A stretch of DNA of 64,000 bases, taken from positions 6,054 through 70,053 of the forward strand of contig JACOVA010000030.1 of assembly GCA_016177575.1 (NCBI GenBank), given 5' to 3'. This stretch comes from Betaproteobacteria bacterium (GTDB lineage Bacteria > Pseudomonadota > Gammaproteobacteria > Burkholderiales > SG8-39). The translations under genes were made by a program, and so were the position numbers. The notes under the pieces were generated by a model, which was given only the letters and a program-made list of their open reading frames with translations, was not told where the DNA came from and ran no database searches. This document shows, one piece after another, positions 10,413-21,601 of the stretch (position 1 is the first letter of the stretch; every line of letters starts with the position of its first letter).

Positions 10413-11971
10413 ATGAAGCTGAGCCCCGTCAGGACCGTTGCCGTTCTCGCCATGCTCGCCGCCGCAGCGGGCGGCTGGGGATGGTACGCGGTGCGCAATT
10501 CCGGCGGCGAGGCGAGATACCGCCTCGCCAAGGTGGAGCGCGGCCCGCTGCAGGCGGTGGTGGTGGCGAGCGGCACGCTGAACGCCGTCACCACGGTGCA
10601 GGTCGGATCGCAGATCTCCGGGCAGATCCTCGAGATCTTCGCCGACTTCAATACCCAGGTGAAGAAGCACCAGATCATCGCGCGCATCGACCCGCAAAGC
10701 TTCGAGCTGCGCGTCAACCAGACGCGCGCCGACGTCGACGCGGCCAGGAGCGCGGTGGCGGTGGCGACCTCGACGCTCGCCGCGCAGAAGGCCGAGGCCG
10801 GTCGCGTCAAGGTCAACCTGGCCGACGCCGAGCGTGATCTGAACCGCAAGAAGCTGCTGGTCGACAAGAAATTCATTTCGCCCGCCGAGCTGGACAAGGC
10901 AAAGACGCTGTACGACGCGACACGTGAGCAGCTCAAGTCGGTCGAGGCGCAACTGGAGGTCAATGCCTCGCAGATCCGCAGCGCGCAGGCGGCGGTCAAG
11001 CAGCGCGAGGCGCTGCTCAGGCAGGCGCAGGTGGATCTGGAGCGCACCATCATCCGCGCGCCGGTGGATGGCACCGTGATCCTGCGCAATGTGGATGCCG
11101 GGCAGACCGTCGCCGCCAGCCTCCAGGCGCCGGTGCTGTTCACCATCGCGCGCGATCTGCGCGACATGCAGGTCGAGGCGGCGATCGACGAAGCCGACGT
11201 CGGCCGCCTGCGGGTCGGCCAGCTGGTGAGCTTCACGGTGGACGCCTTTCCCCGGCGCGACTTCGGCGGCGAGATCAGGCAGATCCGCAAGTCGCCGGTC
11301 AACGTGCAGAACGTGATCAGCTATACGGTGGTGATCTCCGCGGCCAACCCCGACCAGACGCTGCTGCCGGGCATGACCGCCAATGTCCGCGTGGTCGTCG
11401 ATCGCCGCGACAACGTGCTCAAGGTGCCGAATGCGGTGCTGCGCTTCCGGCCAAGCGGCGCGGGCGAGAGCAAGCCGGCCGCCGAAGCCCAGGCCGCGCC
11501 ACAGGCGGGCGGCCAGGCGCCGGCGCGGTTCCGCCAGCGCGTCTACGCCGAGCTCAAGCCCGACGAGTCCCAGAAGGCGAAGCTGGAGCAGATTTTCGAC
11601 GACGTGCGCGAGCAGATGGTGCGGCTGCGCGACATGCCGAAGGACGCGGACCGGCGCAAGCTCGGCGAGCGGTTGCGCGTCGAGTCGCGGGCGCGCGTGC
11701 TGGCGGTCCTGACCGAGGCGCAGAAGCCGGTCTACGAGCGCCTGCTCGCCGAGCTCGGCGGGGCGCGCGCGGCGGCCTCCGGCAGCGGGCGGGTGTGGGT
11801 GCCCGGCGCCGACGGCCAGCCGCGCCAGGTCGACGTGCGCACCGGGCTCACCGACGGCACCAGCACCGAAATCGCCGAGGGCGCGCTCAAAGAGGGCGAC
11901 CCGGTGATCGTGGGGCTGGGCGACGCCGCGGCGACGAAGAGGGCCGGTCCTGCCGGGCCGCGAATGTTCTA

Positions 11972-11972
<1 letters not shown>
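10413..11972 (+). CDS. Periplasmic adaptor (HlyD/MacA family) of a tripartite ABC efflux pump
   Basis: N-terminal TM/signal, a lipoyl/barrel-sandwich motif (VQVGSQISGQILEIFADFNTQVKKHQIIARIDP), a long coiled-coil hairpin and a Pro/Ala-rich C-terminal extension. Confidence 0.85.
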
Positions 11973-12709
<737 letters not shown>

Positions 12710-12728
12710 ACGCCGTCAAGGAGAACGC

Positions 12729-13961
12729 TTGAACGTTCTGGGCCTGCTGCGGGTCGCGCTGCGCGCGCTGGCGGTCAACAAGCTGCGCAGCGCGCTCACC
12801 ATGCTCGGCATCATCATCGGCGTGGCGGCGGTAATCGTCATGATCGCCGTCGGCGGCGGCGCGCAGGCGCGCGTCGAGGAGCAGATCCGCGCGCTCGGCT
12901 CCAATCTGCTGCTGATCCTGTCGGGAGCGCGCACCCAGAGCGGCGTGCGCCTCGGCGTAGGCTCGAACTACACCCTGTCGGAGGACGACGCCATCGCCAT
13001 CAACCGCGAGATCCCCGAGGCGATCGCGGCGCCGGCGCTGCGCGGCGGCGCGCAGGTGATCTGGGGAAACTCCAATTGGGCGACGCAGATCTACGGCACC
13101 ACCAACCACTACTTCGACGTCCGGCAGTGGCAGCTTGCCGACGGACGTGTGTTCGAGCCCGCCGAATTGAGCGGCGCGGGCAAAGTCTGCATCGTCGGCC
13201 AGACCGTCGTGCGGCAGCTGTTTGCCGATGCCAACCCCATCGGTCAGGTGATCCGCATCAAGCGCGTCCCCTTCACTGTCATCGGCGTGCTCGAGAACAA
13301 GGGCCAGAGCATGATGGGAACCGACCAGGACGACATCATCGTGGTGCCCATCGCCACCGCACGCGGCCGCGTGCTCGGATCGGCGAACCTCGCCAAGCAG
13401 AGGGCGGTAAGCACGATATGGGTAAAGGTGGCCGACGACCTGGACACCAAGGCGGTCGAGGAGCAGGTGCGCGCCCTGCTGCGCCAGCGGCACCGGCTGC
13501 AGGCCGACGCCGAGGACGATTTCTCCCTGCGCAACCTTGCCGAGATCATGGCCGCCCGCGAAGCCTCCAGCCGCGTGCTGGCGCTGCTGCTCGCGGCGGT
13601 CGCCTCGGTGTCGCTGGTGGTGGGCGGCATCGGCATCATGAACATCATGCTGGTCTCGGTCACCGAGCGCACGCGCGAGATCGGGCTGCGCATGGCGGTC
13701 GGCGCGCGCACGCGCGACATCCTCGGCCAGTTCCTGGTCGAGGCGGTGACGCTGTCGCTGATCGGCGGCCTCGCCGGCATCGCCATCGGCGTCGGCGCGG
13801 CCGTCGCCATCGCGCAGGTGGCGGGCTGGCGAATCCTGCTCTCGCCCGAGTCGGTGCTGCTCGCGGTCGCCTTCGCCTTCGCAATCGGGGTGTTCTTCGG
13901 CTTCTACCCGGCGCGCAAGGCGGCGAACCTCAACCCGGTCGAGGCGCTCAGGTTCGAGTGA
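12729..13961 (+). CDS. ABC transporter permease (MacB-type, FtsX family with periplasmic domain)
   Basis: TTG start gives [32 protein letters not shown]. The C-terminus has the FtsX helices and ends in NPVEALRFE. Confidence 0.85.
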   Translation: MNVLGLLRVALRALAVNKLRSALTMLGIIIGVAAVIVMIAVGGGAQARVEEQIRALGSNLLLILSGARTQSGVRLGVGSNYTLSEDDAIAINREIPEAIAAPALRGGAQVIWGNSNWATQIYGTTNHYFDVRQWQLADGRVFEPAELSGAGKVCIVGQTVVRQLFADANPIGQVIRIKRVPFTVIGVLENKGQSMMGTDQDDIIVVPIATARGRVLGSANLAKQRAVSTIWVKVADDLDTKAVEEQVRALLRQRHRLQADAEDDFSLRNLAEIMAAREASSRVLALLLAAVASVSLVVGGIGIMNIMLVSVTERTREIGLRMAVGARTRDILGQFLVEAVTLSLIGGLAGIAIGVGAAVAIAQVAGWRILLSPESVLLAVAFAFAIGVFFGFYPARKAANLNPVEALRFE

Positions 13962-14935
13962 ACGTTCTGGTCACCGGCGGCGCGGGCTACATCGGCTCGC
14001 ACATGGTGAAGATGCTGCTCGCGCACGGCAGGAACGTGACCGTGCTCGACGACCTCTCGACGGGCCACCGCGACGCCGTTGCGGGCGCGCGTCTGGTCGA
14101 AGGCGACATCGGCGACGAGGCGCTCGTCGCGCAGCTGCTCGCCGCCGAGGCAATCGGCGCGCTGATCCACTTTGCGGCGTTCAGCCTGGTCGCCGAGTCG
14201 GTCGCCGACCCCGAGAAGTATCGCCGCAACAACGTCGTCAAGGCCGAGGCGCTGCTGCGCGCGATGCGCGCCGCCAAGGTCGACCGCCTGGTCCATTCCT
14301 CCACTGCCGCGGTCTACGGCGAGCCGCAGTACCAACCGATCGACGAGGCGCACCCGGCGCAGCCGGTCAATCCCTACGGCGCCACGAAGCTCGCCGTAGA
14401 GCGCATGCTCGAGGCGGCGCACGCCGACTACGGCCTGCACTCGGTGAGCCTGCGCTACTTCAACGCCGCCGGCGCCGACCCCGAGGGGCGCCTCGGCGAG
14501 CGCCACGACCCGGAAACGCACCTGATCCCGCTCGTCCTGCAAGCCGCCTCCGGCCGGCGCAAATCGGTGCAGGTGTTCGGTGGCGACTTTGCGACGCGCG
14601 ACGGCACCTGCGTGCGCGACTACGTCCACGTCAACGACCTGTGCGAGGCGCACCTGCGCGCGCTCGACTGGCTCGCCGGCGGCGGCGGGCGCGAAGCGAT
14701 CAACCTCGGCACCGAGCACGGCGCCACCGTGCTCGAGGTGATCGAGGCGGCCTGCCGCGAGACGGGCATCGACATCCCGAAGGTCATGGCGCCGCGGCGC
14801 CCGGGCGACCCGGCCGCGCTGGTGGCGAGCACCGCGCGCGCCGAGCGCATCCTCGGCTGGCGGCCGACGCGCTCGGACCTGCCGACGATCATCCGCGACG
14901 CCTGGCGCTGGGAGCGGCGAAGCGTCGCGTCGTGA
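13958..14935 (+). CDS. galE: UDP-glucose 4-epimerase
   Basis: The GTG start overlaps the permease stop (GTGA). Rossmann motif VLVTGGAGYIGSH, catalytic YGATK, and the motif DGTCVRDYVHVNDL. Confidence 0.9.
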   Translation: MNVLVTGGAGYIGSHMVKMLLAHGRNVTVLDDLSTGHRDAVAGARLVEGDIGDEALVAQLLAAEAIGALIHFAAFSLVAESVADPEKYRRNNVVKAEALLRAMRAAKVDRLVHSSTAAVYGEPQYQPIDEAHPAQPVNPYGATKLAVERMLEAAHADYGLHSVSLRYFNAAGADPEGRLGERHDPETHLIPLVLQAASGRRKSVQVFGGDFATRDGTCVRDYVHVNDLCEAHLRALDWLAGGGGREAINLGTEHGATVLEVIEAACRETGIDIPKVMAPRRPGDPAALVASTARAERILGWRPTRSDLPTIIRDAWRWERRSVAS

Positions 14936-15915
14936 GGTGCTTGCACCCTCTGCTCGCGATCTTGCTCGCCGCATGCGCCACCGTTCCCGAGCCAGCCTAC
15001 ATGAACCCGGTGCTGGACCGCGATTTTCCCGATCCCGCCGTGCTGCGGACGCCCGGCGGCTGGTTCTACGCCTATGCGACTCAGGGCCAAGCCGACGGCC
15101 GCGTGCTGAACATCCAGGTCGCCCGCTCGGCCGATCTGGTGCGCTGGGAGCATCTCGGCGAGGCGCTGCCCGCGAAGCCTCGCTGGGCCGCGCGGAAGCA
15201 GAATTTCTGGGCACCGCATGTCACCTACGATGCGGCGAGCGGCCGCTATCTCATGTACTACTCGGCCGAGCCCGATCAGGCCACAGGCATGTGCCTCGCC
15301 GTCGCGACCGCGCGCGCTCCATCCGGGCCGTTCGTGGATTCCGGAGCGCCCCTGCGCTGCGGCGAAAGCATGGAGCACATCGACCCGATGGCATTCGACG
15401 ATCCGCGCACCGGTCGGCGCTTCCTCTACTGGGGCGCGGGACCGATCCGCGCCCAAGAACTCGCCGCCGATCGCATGGGCTTCCTGTCCGGAAGCGCGCC
15501 GGTTGACCTCATCGTCCCCGAGCAAAGCCGGCCTTATCGCACGCTGGTGGAAGGGGCCTGGATCACGGTCCGCGACGGCTTCTACTACCTCTTTTTCTCC
15601 GGCGACAGGTGTTGCGCGCGCGCGCCACGCTATGCGGTCATGGTCGCCCGATCGCGCGACGCGCTCGGGCCGTTCGAGCAGCTGGACCGGCCGATCCTCG
15701 AGCGCAGCAGTTTCTGGATCGCGCCCGGCCACAACAGCGTCGTTGCCGATGACGACGGCAACGACTGGATGCTCTACCACGCGCTCAGGGCCGGCCGGGA
15801 AAGCCGCGCCCGCGTGATGCTGCTCGAACGCATCGTCTACCGGGACGGCTGGCCGCGCGTCGAGGGCGGCGAACCGTCGGCGGCGCCGCAGAGGGCGCCC
15901 ATCGCGGGGCGGTAG
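14932..15915 (+). CDS. Glycoside hydrolase family 43-like lipoprotein
   Basis: The GTG start overlaps the galE stop (GTGA). Lipobox LLAAC in VRCLHPLLAILLAACAT. The mature N-terminus NPVLDRDFPDPAVLR plus FWAPHV and DPMAFDD resemble GH43 five-bladed propeller motifs. Confidence 0.75.
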   Translation: MRCLHPLLAILLAACATVPEPAYMNPVLDRDFPDPAVLRTPGGWFYAYATQGQADGRVLNIQVARSADLVRWEHLGEALPAKPRWAARKQNFWAPHVTYDAASGRYLMYYSAEPDQATGMCLAVATARAPSGPFVDSGAPLRCGESMEHIDPMAFDDPRTGRRFLYWGAGPIRAQELAADRMGFLSGSAPVDLIVPEQSRPYRTLVEGAWITVRDGFYYLFFSGDRCCARAPRYAVMVARSRDALGPFEQLDRPILERSSFWIAPGHNSVVADDDGNDWMLYHALRAGRESRARVMLLERIVYRDGWPRVEGGEPSAAPQRAPIAGR

Positions 15916-15924
15916 AATCCGCCC

Positions 15925-16791
15925 ATGCGTCCCGATCCCGCCGCGCGCGGTGAAACGCGTATCTACTCGCCGGCGCCCGCGCTTCGCAACCCGGGCCTCC
16001 TGCTGCGCGACATGGCCAGCGACGCGCGATTGTCGATCGGGCTCGCCTGGCAGCTCGCCGCACGTGACCTCAAGAGCCAGTACCGGCATAGCCTGTTCGG
16101 CTACCTGTGGGCGCTGCTGCCGCCCCTGCTGGTGGCGGGGAGCTTCATGGTGCTGCGGGCCGGGGGCGTATTCTCGGGCGGTGCGATCCCGGTCGCGTAC
16201 GGCGCGTATGTCATCATCGGTGCCCTGCTCTGGCAGATCTTCGCCGACGCCGTGGTCACGCCGCTGCGCCTGGTGACCGCCAGCCGGGAGATGCTGGTGC
16301 GGGTGAACTTTCCGCGCGAAGCGATCGTGCTGGCGGGAATTCTGACGACGTTCTTCGGCGCGCTGGTGCGGCTCGCCGTGATCGTGCCGGTGCTGCTCTT
16401 CTACCAGATCGCGCCGACGCTGCAGATCGGCTTCCTGCCCTGCGGCGTGCTCTCGCTCATTCTCGCCGGGACCTGCGTCGGGTTGCTCGCGACCCCGATC
16501 GGCGTGCTCTACCGCGACATCGAGAAAGTGCTGCCCTCGGTCCTCATGCTCTGGATGCTGCTGACGCCGGTCGCCTATCCGATTGCGACGCTCGGCGGCG
16601 AGACCGCCTGGCTGGCGTTCAACTTCGTCGCGCCGCTCCTGGAGGCGAGCCGCAGCTCGATCATCGGCAGCGCGCCCATTCCCTGGGCCGCGGTGGCCGC
16701 GGTGGACGGCGGGGTGCTGCTCGCCCTGCTCGCCGGCTGGCTGCTGCTGCGCCTCGCCGCACCGCACCTGGTCGCGCGCCTGGGCATCTGA
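15925..16791 (+). CDS. wzm: ABC-2 type polysaccharide exporter permease (Wzm/TagG-like)
   Basis: ARDLKSQYRHSLFGYLWALLPPLL motif followed by six hydrophobic segments. The cognate ATPase lies directly downstream. Confidence 0.8.
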   Translation: MRPDPAARGETRIYSPAPALRNPGLLLRDMASDARLSIGLAWQLAARDLKSQYRHSLFGYLWALLPPLLVAGSFMVLRAGGVFSGGAIPVAYGAYVIIGALLWQIFADAVVTPLRLVTASREMLVRVNFPREAIVLAGILTTFFGALVRLAVIVPVLLFYQIAPTLQIGFLPCGVLSLILAGTCVGLLATPIGVLYRDIEKVLPSVLMLWMLLTPVAYPIATLGGETAWLAFNFVAPLLEASRSSIIGSAPIPWAAVAAVDGGVLLALLAGWLLLRLAAPHLVARLGI

Positions 16792-16801
16792 GGCCCTCGC
16801 G

Positions 16802-18031
16802 ATGACTGAGCCGCTGATCTGCGCGCGCGGCCTCGCCAAGAAGTACTGCAAGAACCTCCGCCGCTCCCTCTACTACGGGGTGCAGGACGTGCTCGCCGAA
16901 GTCTTCTGCCGCGACGGTACGACGGAGCGGCTGCGTGCCGGCGAATTCTGGGCGCTCGAGGACGCGAGCTTTGACCTTCACCCCGGCGAAAGCCTGGGCA
17001 TCGTCGGCCGCAACGGCGCGGGCAAGAGCACGCTGCTGAAGCTCGCCGCGGGCATCATCAAGCCGGATCGCGGGCGGCTGGCGATCCGCGGCCGGGTCGG
17101 CGCGCTGATCGCGCTCGGAGCGGGGTTCAATCCGCTGCTCACGGGACGGGAGAACATCTACGTGAGCGGCATGGTGCTCGGCCATACGCGGCGCGAGATC
17201 GACGCGCTGGTCGACGAGATCATCGATTTCTCCGGCCTGCAGGAATTCATCGACATGCCCGTGCAGAACTACAGCAGCGGGATGTACGTTCGCCTCGGCT
17301 TCGCGGTCGCGGTGCAGATGCAGCCCGACATCATGCTGGTCGACGAAGTGCTGGCGGTCGGCGATTCGGCATTCCAGCGCAAGTGCTACGACCGCATCTA
17401 CAGGATGCAGGCGAGGGGGACATCGTTCGTGGTCGTCTCGCACAACCCCTACCAGATCGAGCGCCTGTGCCAGAAGGCGACGGTGCTGAATCGCGGGCGG
17501 CTCTCGCCGCTGCTCGACGGCAAGGACGCCGTCGCGCTCTACCACGAGGAGAGCCAGGCGGACCTGGCGCCGGGTGCGAGCACCGCGCTGACGTCGCGCG
17601 AGGGCACGCACGAGCTCCACTTCGAGCGCATCAGAATCGAGGGCTCCGGGGTCACGCCCGAAGGCGCGGTCGTCTCGATGGACTCGCTCAGCATCGTCGC
17701 CGACGTCGTCTCGAGCCGCAGCATGAGGGACGTGCGCTTCCGCTTCGAGATCTGCGCCATCGACAATTCCGTGGTCAGCATGGTGACCACCATCGGCCTT
17801 TGCGAGGACATGACGTTCCATGGCGCGCATCGCGTGACGTTCACCCTCACGCCCTGCCAGCTGACCTCGGGCTGGTACTACCTGAACGCGGTTGCCCTGG
17901 ACCGCAACCTGCGCCTGGACGTCTGGCAAAGGGCGGTGGAGTTCAGGGTCCTGCTCAGAGACGCGAAGGCCCGCAACCTGACCTCCGACAACGGGACTTT
18001 CGTCTGTTCGGGTCACTGGACGTTCAGCTGA
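16802..18031 (+). CDS. wzt: ABC polysaccharide exporter ATPase with a C-terminal glycan-binding-type extension (Wzt/TagH-like)
   Basis: Start at ATG 16802 (MTEPLICARGL). Walker A GRNGAGKSTLLK, signature YSSGMYVRLGFAVA, Walker B MLVDEVLAVGD. A ~160-aa beta-rich C-terminal domain occupies the position of Wzt carbohydrate-binding modules. Confidence 0.85.
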   Translation: MTEPLICARGLAKKYCKNLRRSLYYGVQDVLAEVFCRDGTTERLRAGEFWALEDASFDLHPGESLGIVGRNGAGKSTLLKLAAGIIKPDRGRLAIRGRVGALIALGAGFNPLLTGRENIYVSGMVLGHTRREIDALVDEIIDFSGLQEFIDMPVQNYSSGMYVRLGFAVAVQMQPDIMLVDEVLAVGDSAFQRKCYDRIYRMQARGTSFVVVSHNPYQIERLCQKATVLNRGRLSPLLDGKDAVALYHEESQADLAPGASTALTSREGTHELHFERIRIEGSGVTPEGAVVSMDSLSIVADVVSSRSMRDVRFRFEICAIDNSVVSMVTTIGLCEDMTFHGAHRVTFTLTPCQLTSGWYYLNAVALDRNLRLDVWQRAVEFRVLLRDAKARNLTSDNGTFVCSGHWTFS

Positions 18032-18037
18032 GCCGCA

Positions 18038-18766
18038 ATGAGCTCCGACAGCCGGCGCTACTGCATCAAGCCGGAGTACCGGCCGAATCTCGCCGCGGGC
18101 CATGCCGGCGCGGCGGGCGAGCCGGACTACTGGACGCCAGAGCGGATCGCGCTCGCATCGCGATACCAGTACGACGTCTACAGGATCGCGGCGGAGCTGA
18201 TGGGAGGAGCGGAGGTCGCTTCGGTCCTGGACGTCGGCTCGGGCCCGCCCGTGAAGCTGAAAGCCCTGCTCCCCGAGAAGCCGCTCGTGCTGCATCTCGT
18301 CGACCAGGCGCAGAGCGCGCTGCTCGCAGCGAAGCTGCTGCCGCAGGCGGTCTTCACCGCCGCCGATCTGGAGACCATCGACCTCGATCTCGGCCGGCGC
18401 TTCGACCTTGCGATCTGCGCGGACGTGATCGAGCACCTGCGCGACCCCGATCCCTGCCTCGCGTTCATCCGCCGCCACCTGGCGCCCGGCGGCGCGCTGC
18501 TCATTTCGACGCCGGAACGCGACATCCTGCGCGGGCTCGATTGCCGGTCCTGTCCGCACCCGATGCACGTGCGCGAATGGAATCGCGACGAGTTCGCGCG
18601 CTTTCTGCAGAGCAGGAATTGGCAGGTCCTCAGCCACGGCAACCTGCCCCAGCAGCGCACCGCGGCGCCGCTGCGCCTGCTCGGTCGCGTGCTCGAGCGG
18701 CTCGGGCACGCGCCGAAATGGTATTCCTGCCAGCTCGCCCTCTGCCGGCGCGACGGCGGCACGTGA
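18038..18766 (+). CDS. Class I SAM-dependent methyltransferase
   Basis: Motif I VLDVGSGPP and the post-motif DLAICADVIEHLRDP. Confidence 0.75.
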   Translation: MSSDSRRYCIKPEYRPNLAAGHAGAAGEPDYWTPERIALASRYQYDVYRIAAELMGGAEVASVLDVGSGPPVKLKALLPEKPLVLHLVDQAQSALLAAKLLPQAVFTAADLETIDLDLGRRFDLAICADVIEHLRDPDPCLAFIRRHLAPGGALLISTPERDILRGLDCRSCPHPMHVREWNRDEFARFLQSRNWQVLSHGNLPQQRTAAPLRLLGRVLERLGHAPKWYSCQLALCRRDGGT

Positions 18767-19725
18767 TCGGTTTCGTCGACCCTCGCGACCGGGTCCCGCT
18801 GCAGCTCACCGGCGACCGCTACGTCAACCCGGTGAGCGGCGCAACGGTGGCGAGCGTGCGCCTCGGCATCGCGCGCTTCGTCGGGCCGGAGCCGAGCTAC
18901 GCGGAGAGCTTCGGCTATCAATGGAAAAAGTGGCACAGCATCCGCAGCGACGGGCGCAATCCCGGGCACAATCTGCGCGAGCTGATCCTCGAGCGAACGC
19001 ATTTCGGCGAATTCGACATCGCCGGCAAGACCTTGCTCGAATGCGGCATGGGCGGCGGCGACGACACCGAGGTCCTGCTCGGACTGCCGTTCTCGGAGAT
19101 CCACTCCTTCGATTTGAGCAGCGCCGTCGAGCGGGCCGCCCGCTTCCTGCGCGACGACAGGCTGCGCGTCTTCCAGGCGTCGATCTACGACATCCCCTAC
19201 CCGGACGCTGCTTTCGACGTGGTCTTCTGCCACCGCGTCCTGCAGCACACGCCCGATCCCGCCGAGGCGCTGCGGCGCGTCTGCGCCAAGGTCAGGCCCG
19301 GCGGGCTGCTGTTCGCCCACTCGTACAAGCGGTCGCGGCGCCATATGGCGGAGTGGCGCTACAAGTACCGCTGGCTCACGAAGCGCCTGCCGTGGCGCTG
19401 GATCGACGCCTACGTGGAGCACGCCGGCCCGCTGCTGCACCGCCTCAACCGCCACCTGTACGCGCATGGCCTGACGCGCGAATTCGCCTATCGTTTCGTT
19501 CCCTTCTACAATCTGCCCGCCGTCGGCGAAGGCAGCGCCACGACGCGCGAATCCATCCTCGAGCTCGAAAAGCAGATCACCTTCGACGCGCTGACTCCGT
19601 GGCACGATCACCCGATGCAAAGCGCCGAATTCCGCGCCACCATCGAAGGCGCGGGCTTCGAGATCACGCATTTCTTCGATCCCGACACCTCCCCGGTGTT
19701 TGCCACCGCCGTGCGCAGGAAGTGA
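18763..19725 (+). CDS. Class I SAM-dependent methyltransferase with an N-terminal extension
   Basis: The GTG start overlaps the upstream stop (GTGA). Motif I LLECGMGGGDDTE, FDVVFCHRVLQHTPDP and VRPGGLL. Confidence 0.7.
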   Translation: MIGFVDPRDRVPLQLTGDRYVNPVSGATVASVRLGIARFVGPEPSYAESFGYQWKKWHSIRSDGRNPGHNLRELILERTHFGEFDIAGKTLLECGMGGGDDTEVLLGLPFSEIHSFDLSSAVERAARFLRDDRLRVFQASIYDIPYPDAAFDVVFCHRVLQHTPDPAEALRRVCAKVRPGGLLFAHSYKRSRRHMAEWRYKYRWLTKRLPWRWIDAYVEHAGPLLHRLNRHLYAHGLTREFAYRFVPFYNLPAVGEGSATTRESILELEKQITFDALTPWHDHPMQSAEFRATIEGAGFEITHFFDPDTSPVFATAVRRK

Positions 19726-19735
19726 CGCCCCGACG

Positions 19736-21601
19736 ATGTGCGGGATCCTCGGCAGCGTCGATTCCGGCACACCGGTGCCTGCGGAGGTCTTCGAAGGGAT
19801 GCTCGACACCCTTTCGCACCGCGGTCCGGACGGGCGCGGCGTGCGCAGCTTCGACGACGGGCGCGTGCGCCTGGGCCACCGGCGCCTCGCCATCATCGAC
19901 CTGTCCGCGGCGGCCGCCCAGCCCATGGCGAGCGCCGACGCGAGCCTGTGGCTCACCTTCAACGGCGAGATCTACAACTTCCGCGAGCTGCGCGAACAGC
20001 TGACGCGGCGCGGCCGCCACTTCCGCACCCAGTCCGACTCCGAGGTGCTGCTTGGCGCCTACGAGGAATGGGGCGAGCGCTGCGTCGAGAGGCTGCGAGG
20101 CATTTTCGCGTTCGGCATCTGGAACGCCAGGGCGCGCAGCCTTTTCCTCGCGCGCGACCATTTCGGCGTCAAGCCGCTCTACTACGCGCGCTACGGCGCT
20201 CGCTTCTGCTTCGCCTCCCAGCCCAAGGCGATCCTCGCCGATCCCGCTTTCCGGCGCGCGATCGACCCGCAGGGCCTGCGCGACTTCTTTGCCTACGGCT
20301 TCGTGCCCCACGACCGCTGCGCCTTCGAGGGAATCCGCAAGCTGCCCGCCGGGCACAGCGCGACGCTCAAGGAAGATTCGCTCGAGCTGCGCCGCTACTG
20401 GCGGCTGAAATACGAGCCCGATCTCGTCGACCCGGCAGAGGCCGCGGCGCGGCTGCGCGGCGGCCTAGTCGACGCCGTGCGCTCGAACCTGGTCTCGGAC
20501 GTGCCGGTAGGGTGCTTCCTGAGCGGCGGGATCGATTCGAGCCTGCTGGTCGGCCTGGCGCACGAGAGCCTGCCTGGCCTGCGGACTTTCACGGTGGGTT
20601 TTCACGAGAGATACAGCGACGAGCGCGACTACGCGCGCCTCATCGCGCGCCATTTCGGCACGCTGCACGAGGAAAGCGTCCTCGAGCACGAGGGGCTCGC
20701 GCAGCGGCTGTGGGACATGCAGGAGTACTACGACGAGCCCTTCGACCCGGACGGCCCCCTGCCCGCCATGGAGGTGGCGCGTCTCGCGCGGCGCAGCGAC
20801 ACCGTGGTGGCGCTGGGGGGCGATGGCGCGGACGAGATGTTCGCCGGTTACTTGCGCTACGACGACTTCAATCGCCCGGACTGGGTGCCGGCTGGAATCC
20901 CCGCGGCGCTCTGGCGCCGCTTCGCCAGGCTGGGCGGCCTGCCGTTGCGGGCTGCGAAGGCCTCCGATCCGGCGCGATACTTCGGCTATGACGGCTGCCT
21001 GTCCGACGCGCTGCAGCGACACCTGTTCACCGACGGATTCGCGGGCCGCGTGCCCGACCGGGCGACGGATCTCATCAACGCGTTCTTTCCGCTCGACGCG
21101 CCCGCGGTGACGGCCGCCCAGTACACCGACATGCACCTGTACCTGGTCGATCACATCCTGTGCAAGGTCGACCGCGCCTCGATGGCGCACGGCGTCGAAG
21201 CGCGCGTCCCCTACCTCGACCCGGAGCTGGCGTCGATCGCGTTCCGCATCCCGCTCTCGATCCAGTACCGGAACGGGGAGCGCAAAGCGCTCCTCAAGGC
21301 GGTGGCGGCCGAGCGCCTGCCCGCGGCGGCGGTCACCAGCCGCAAGAAGGGGTTCAGCGCCCCGCTGCTCGCCTGGTTCGAGCCGCATCTGGACCGATGG
21401 AACAGCGAACTCCTTCGCGACGGCCTGCTGCAGCAGCTGGACATCCTGCGGCCCGACTGGATGCCGCGCCTCGCTGGCCTTCGCGAGCGGCACCCGCTCG
21501 CGGGGGCGCGCGCCCGCTGGCTGCTGCTCGCCGGCGAGCTGTGGGCGCGCCGCTGGATCTCTGGCGCCAAATCCAACCCGATCCCGGGCGCGGCGGCCTG
21601 A
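19736..21601 (+). CDS. Asparagine synthase (glutamine-hydrolysing) family amidotransferase
   Basis: N-terminal nucleophile MCGILG, HRGPDG, and the PP-loop FLSGGIDSS. Confidence 0.9.
   Translation: MCGILGSVDSGTPVPAEVFEGMLDTLSHRGPDGRGVRSFDDGRVRLGHRRLAIIDLSAAAAQPMASADASLWLTFNGEIYNFRELREQLTRRGRHFRTQSDSEVLLGAYEEWGERCVERLRGIFAFGIWNARARSLFLARDHFGVKPLYYARYGARFCFASQPKAILADPAFRRAIDPQGLRDFFAYGFVPHDRCAFEGIRKLPAGHSATLKEDSLELRRYWRLKYEPDLVDPAEAAARLRGGLVDAVRSNLVSDVPVGCFLSGGIDSSLLVGLAHESLPGLRTFTVGFHERYSDERDYARLIARHFGTLHEESVLEHEGLAQRLWDMQEYYDEPFDPDGPLPAMEVARLARRSDTVVALGGDGADEMFAGYLRYDDFNRPDWVPAGIPAALWRRFARLGGLPLRAAKASDPARYFGYDGCLSDALQRHLFTDGFAGRVPDRATDLINAFFPLDAPAVTAAQYTDMHLYLVDHILCKVDRASMAHGVEARVPYLDPELASIAFRIPLSIQYRNGERKALLKAVAAERLPAAAVTSRKKGFSAPLLAWFEPHLDRWNSELLRDGLLQQLDILRPDWMPRLAGLRERHPLAGARARWLLLAGELWARRWISGAKSNPIPGAAA

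Noticed and set aside
13076-13957. Long N-terminal extensions of galE (from 13076); similar extensions for the Wzt ATPase (from 16583), the second methyltransferase (from 17383) and GT4 (from 22325)
   Set aside because: The extensions overlap upstream genes in another frame and are Arg/Pro/Gly-rich. Conserved N-termini (e.g. VLVTGGAGYIGSH, MTEPLICARGL) begin at internal ATG or GTG codons that overlap or closely follow the upstream stops.
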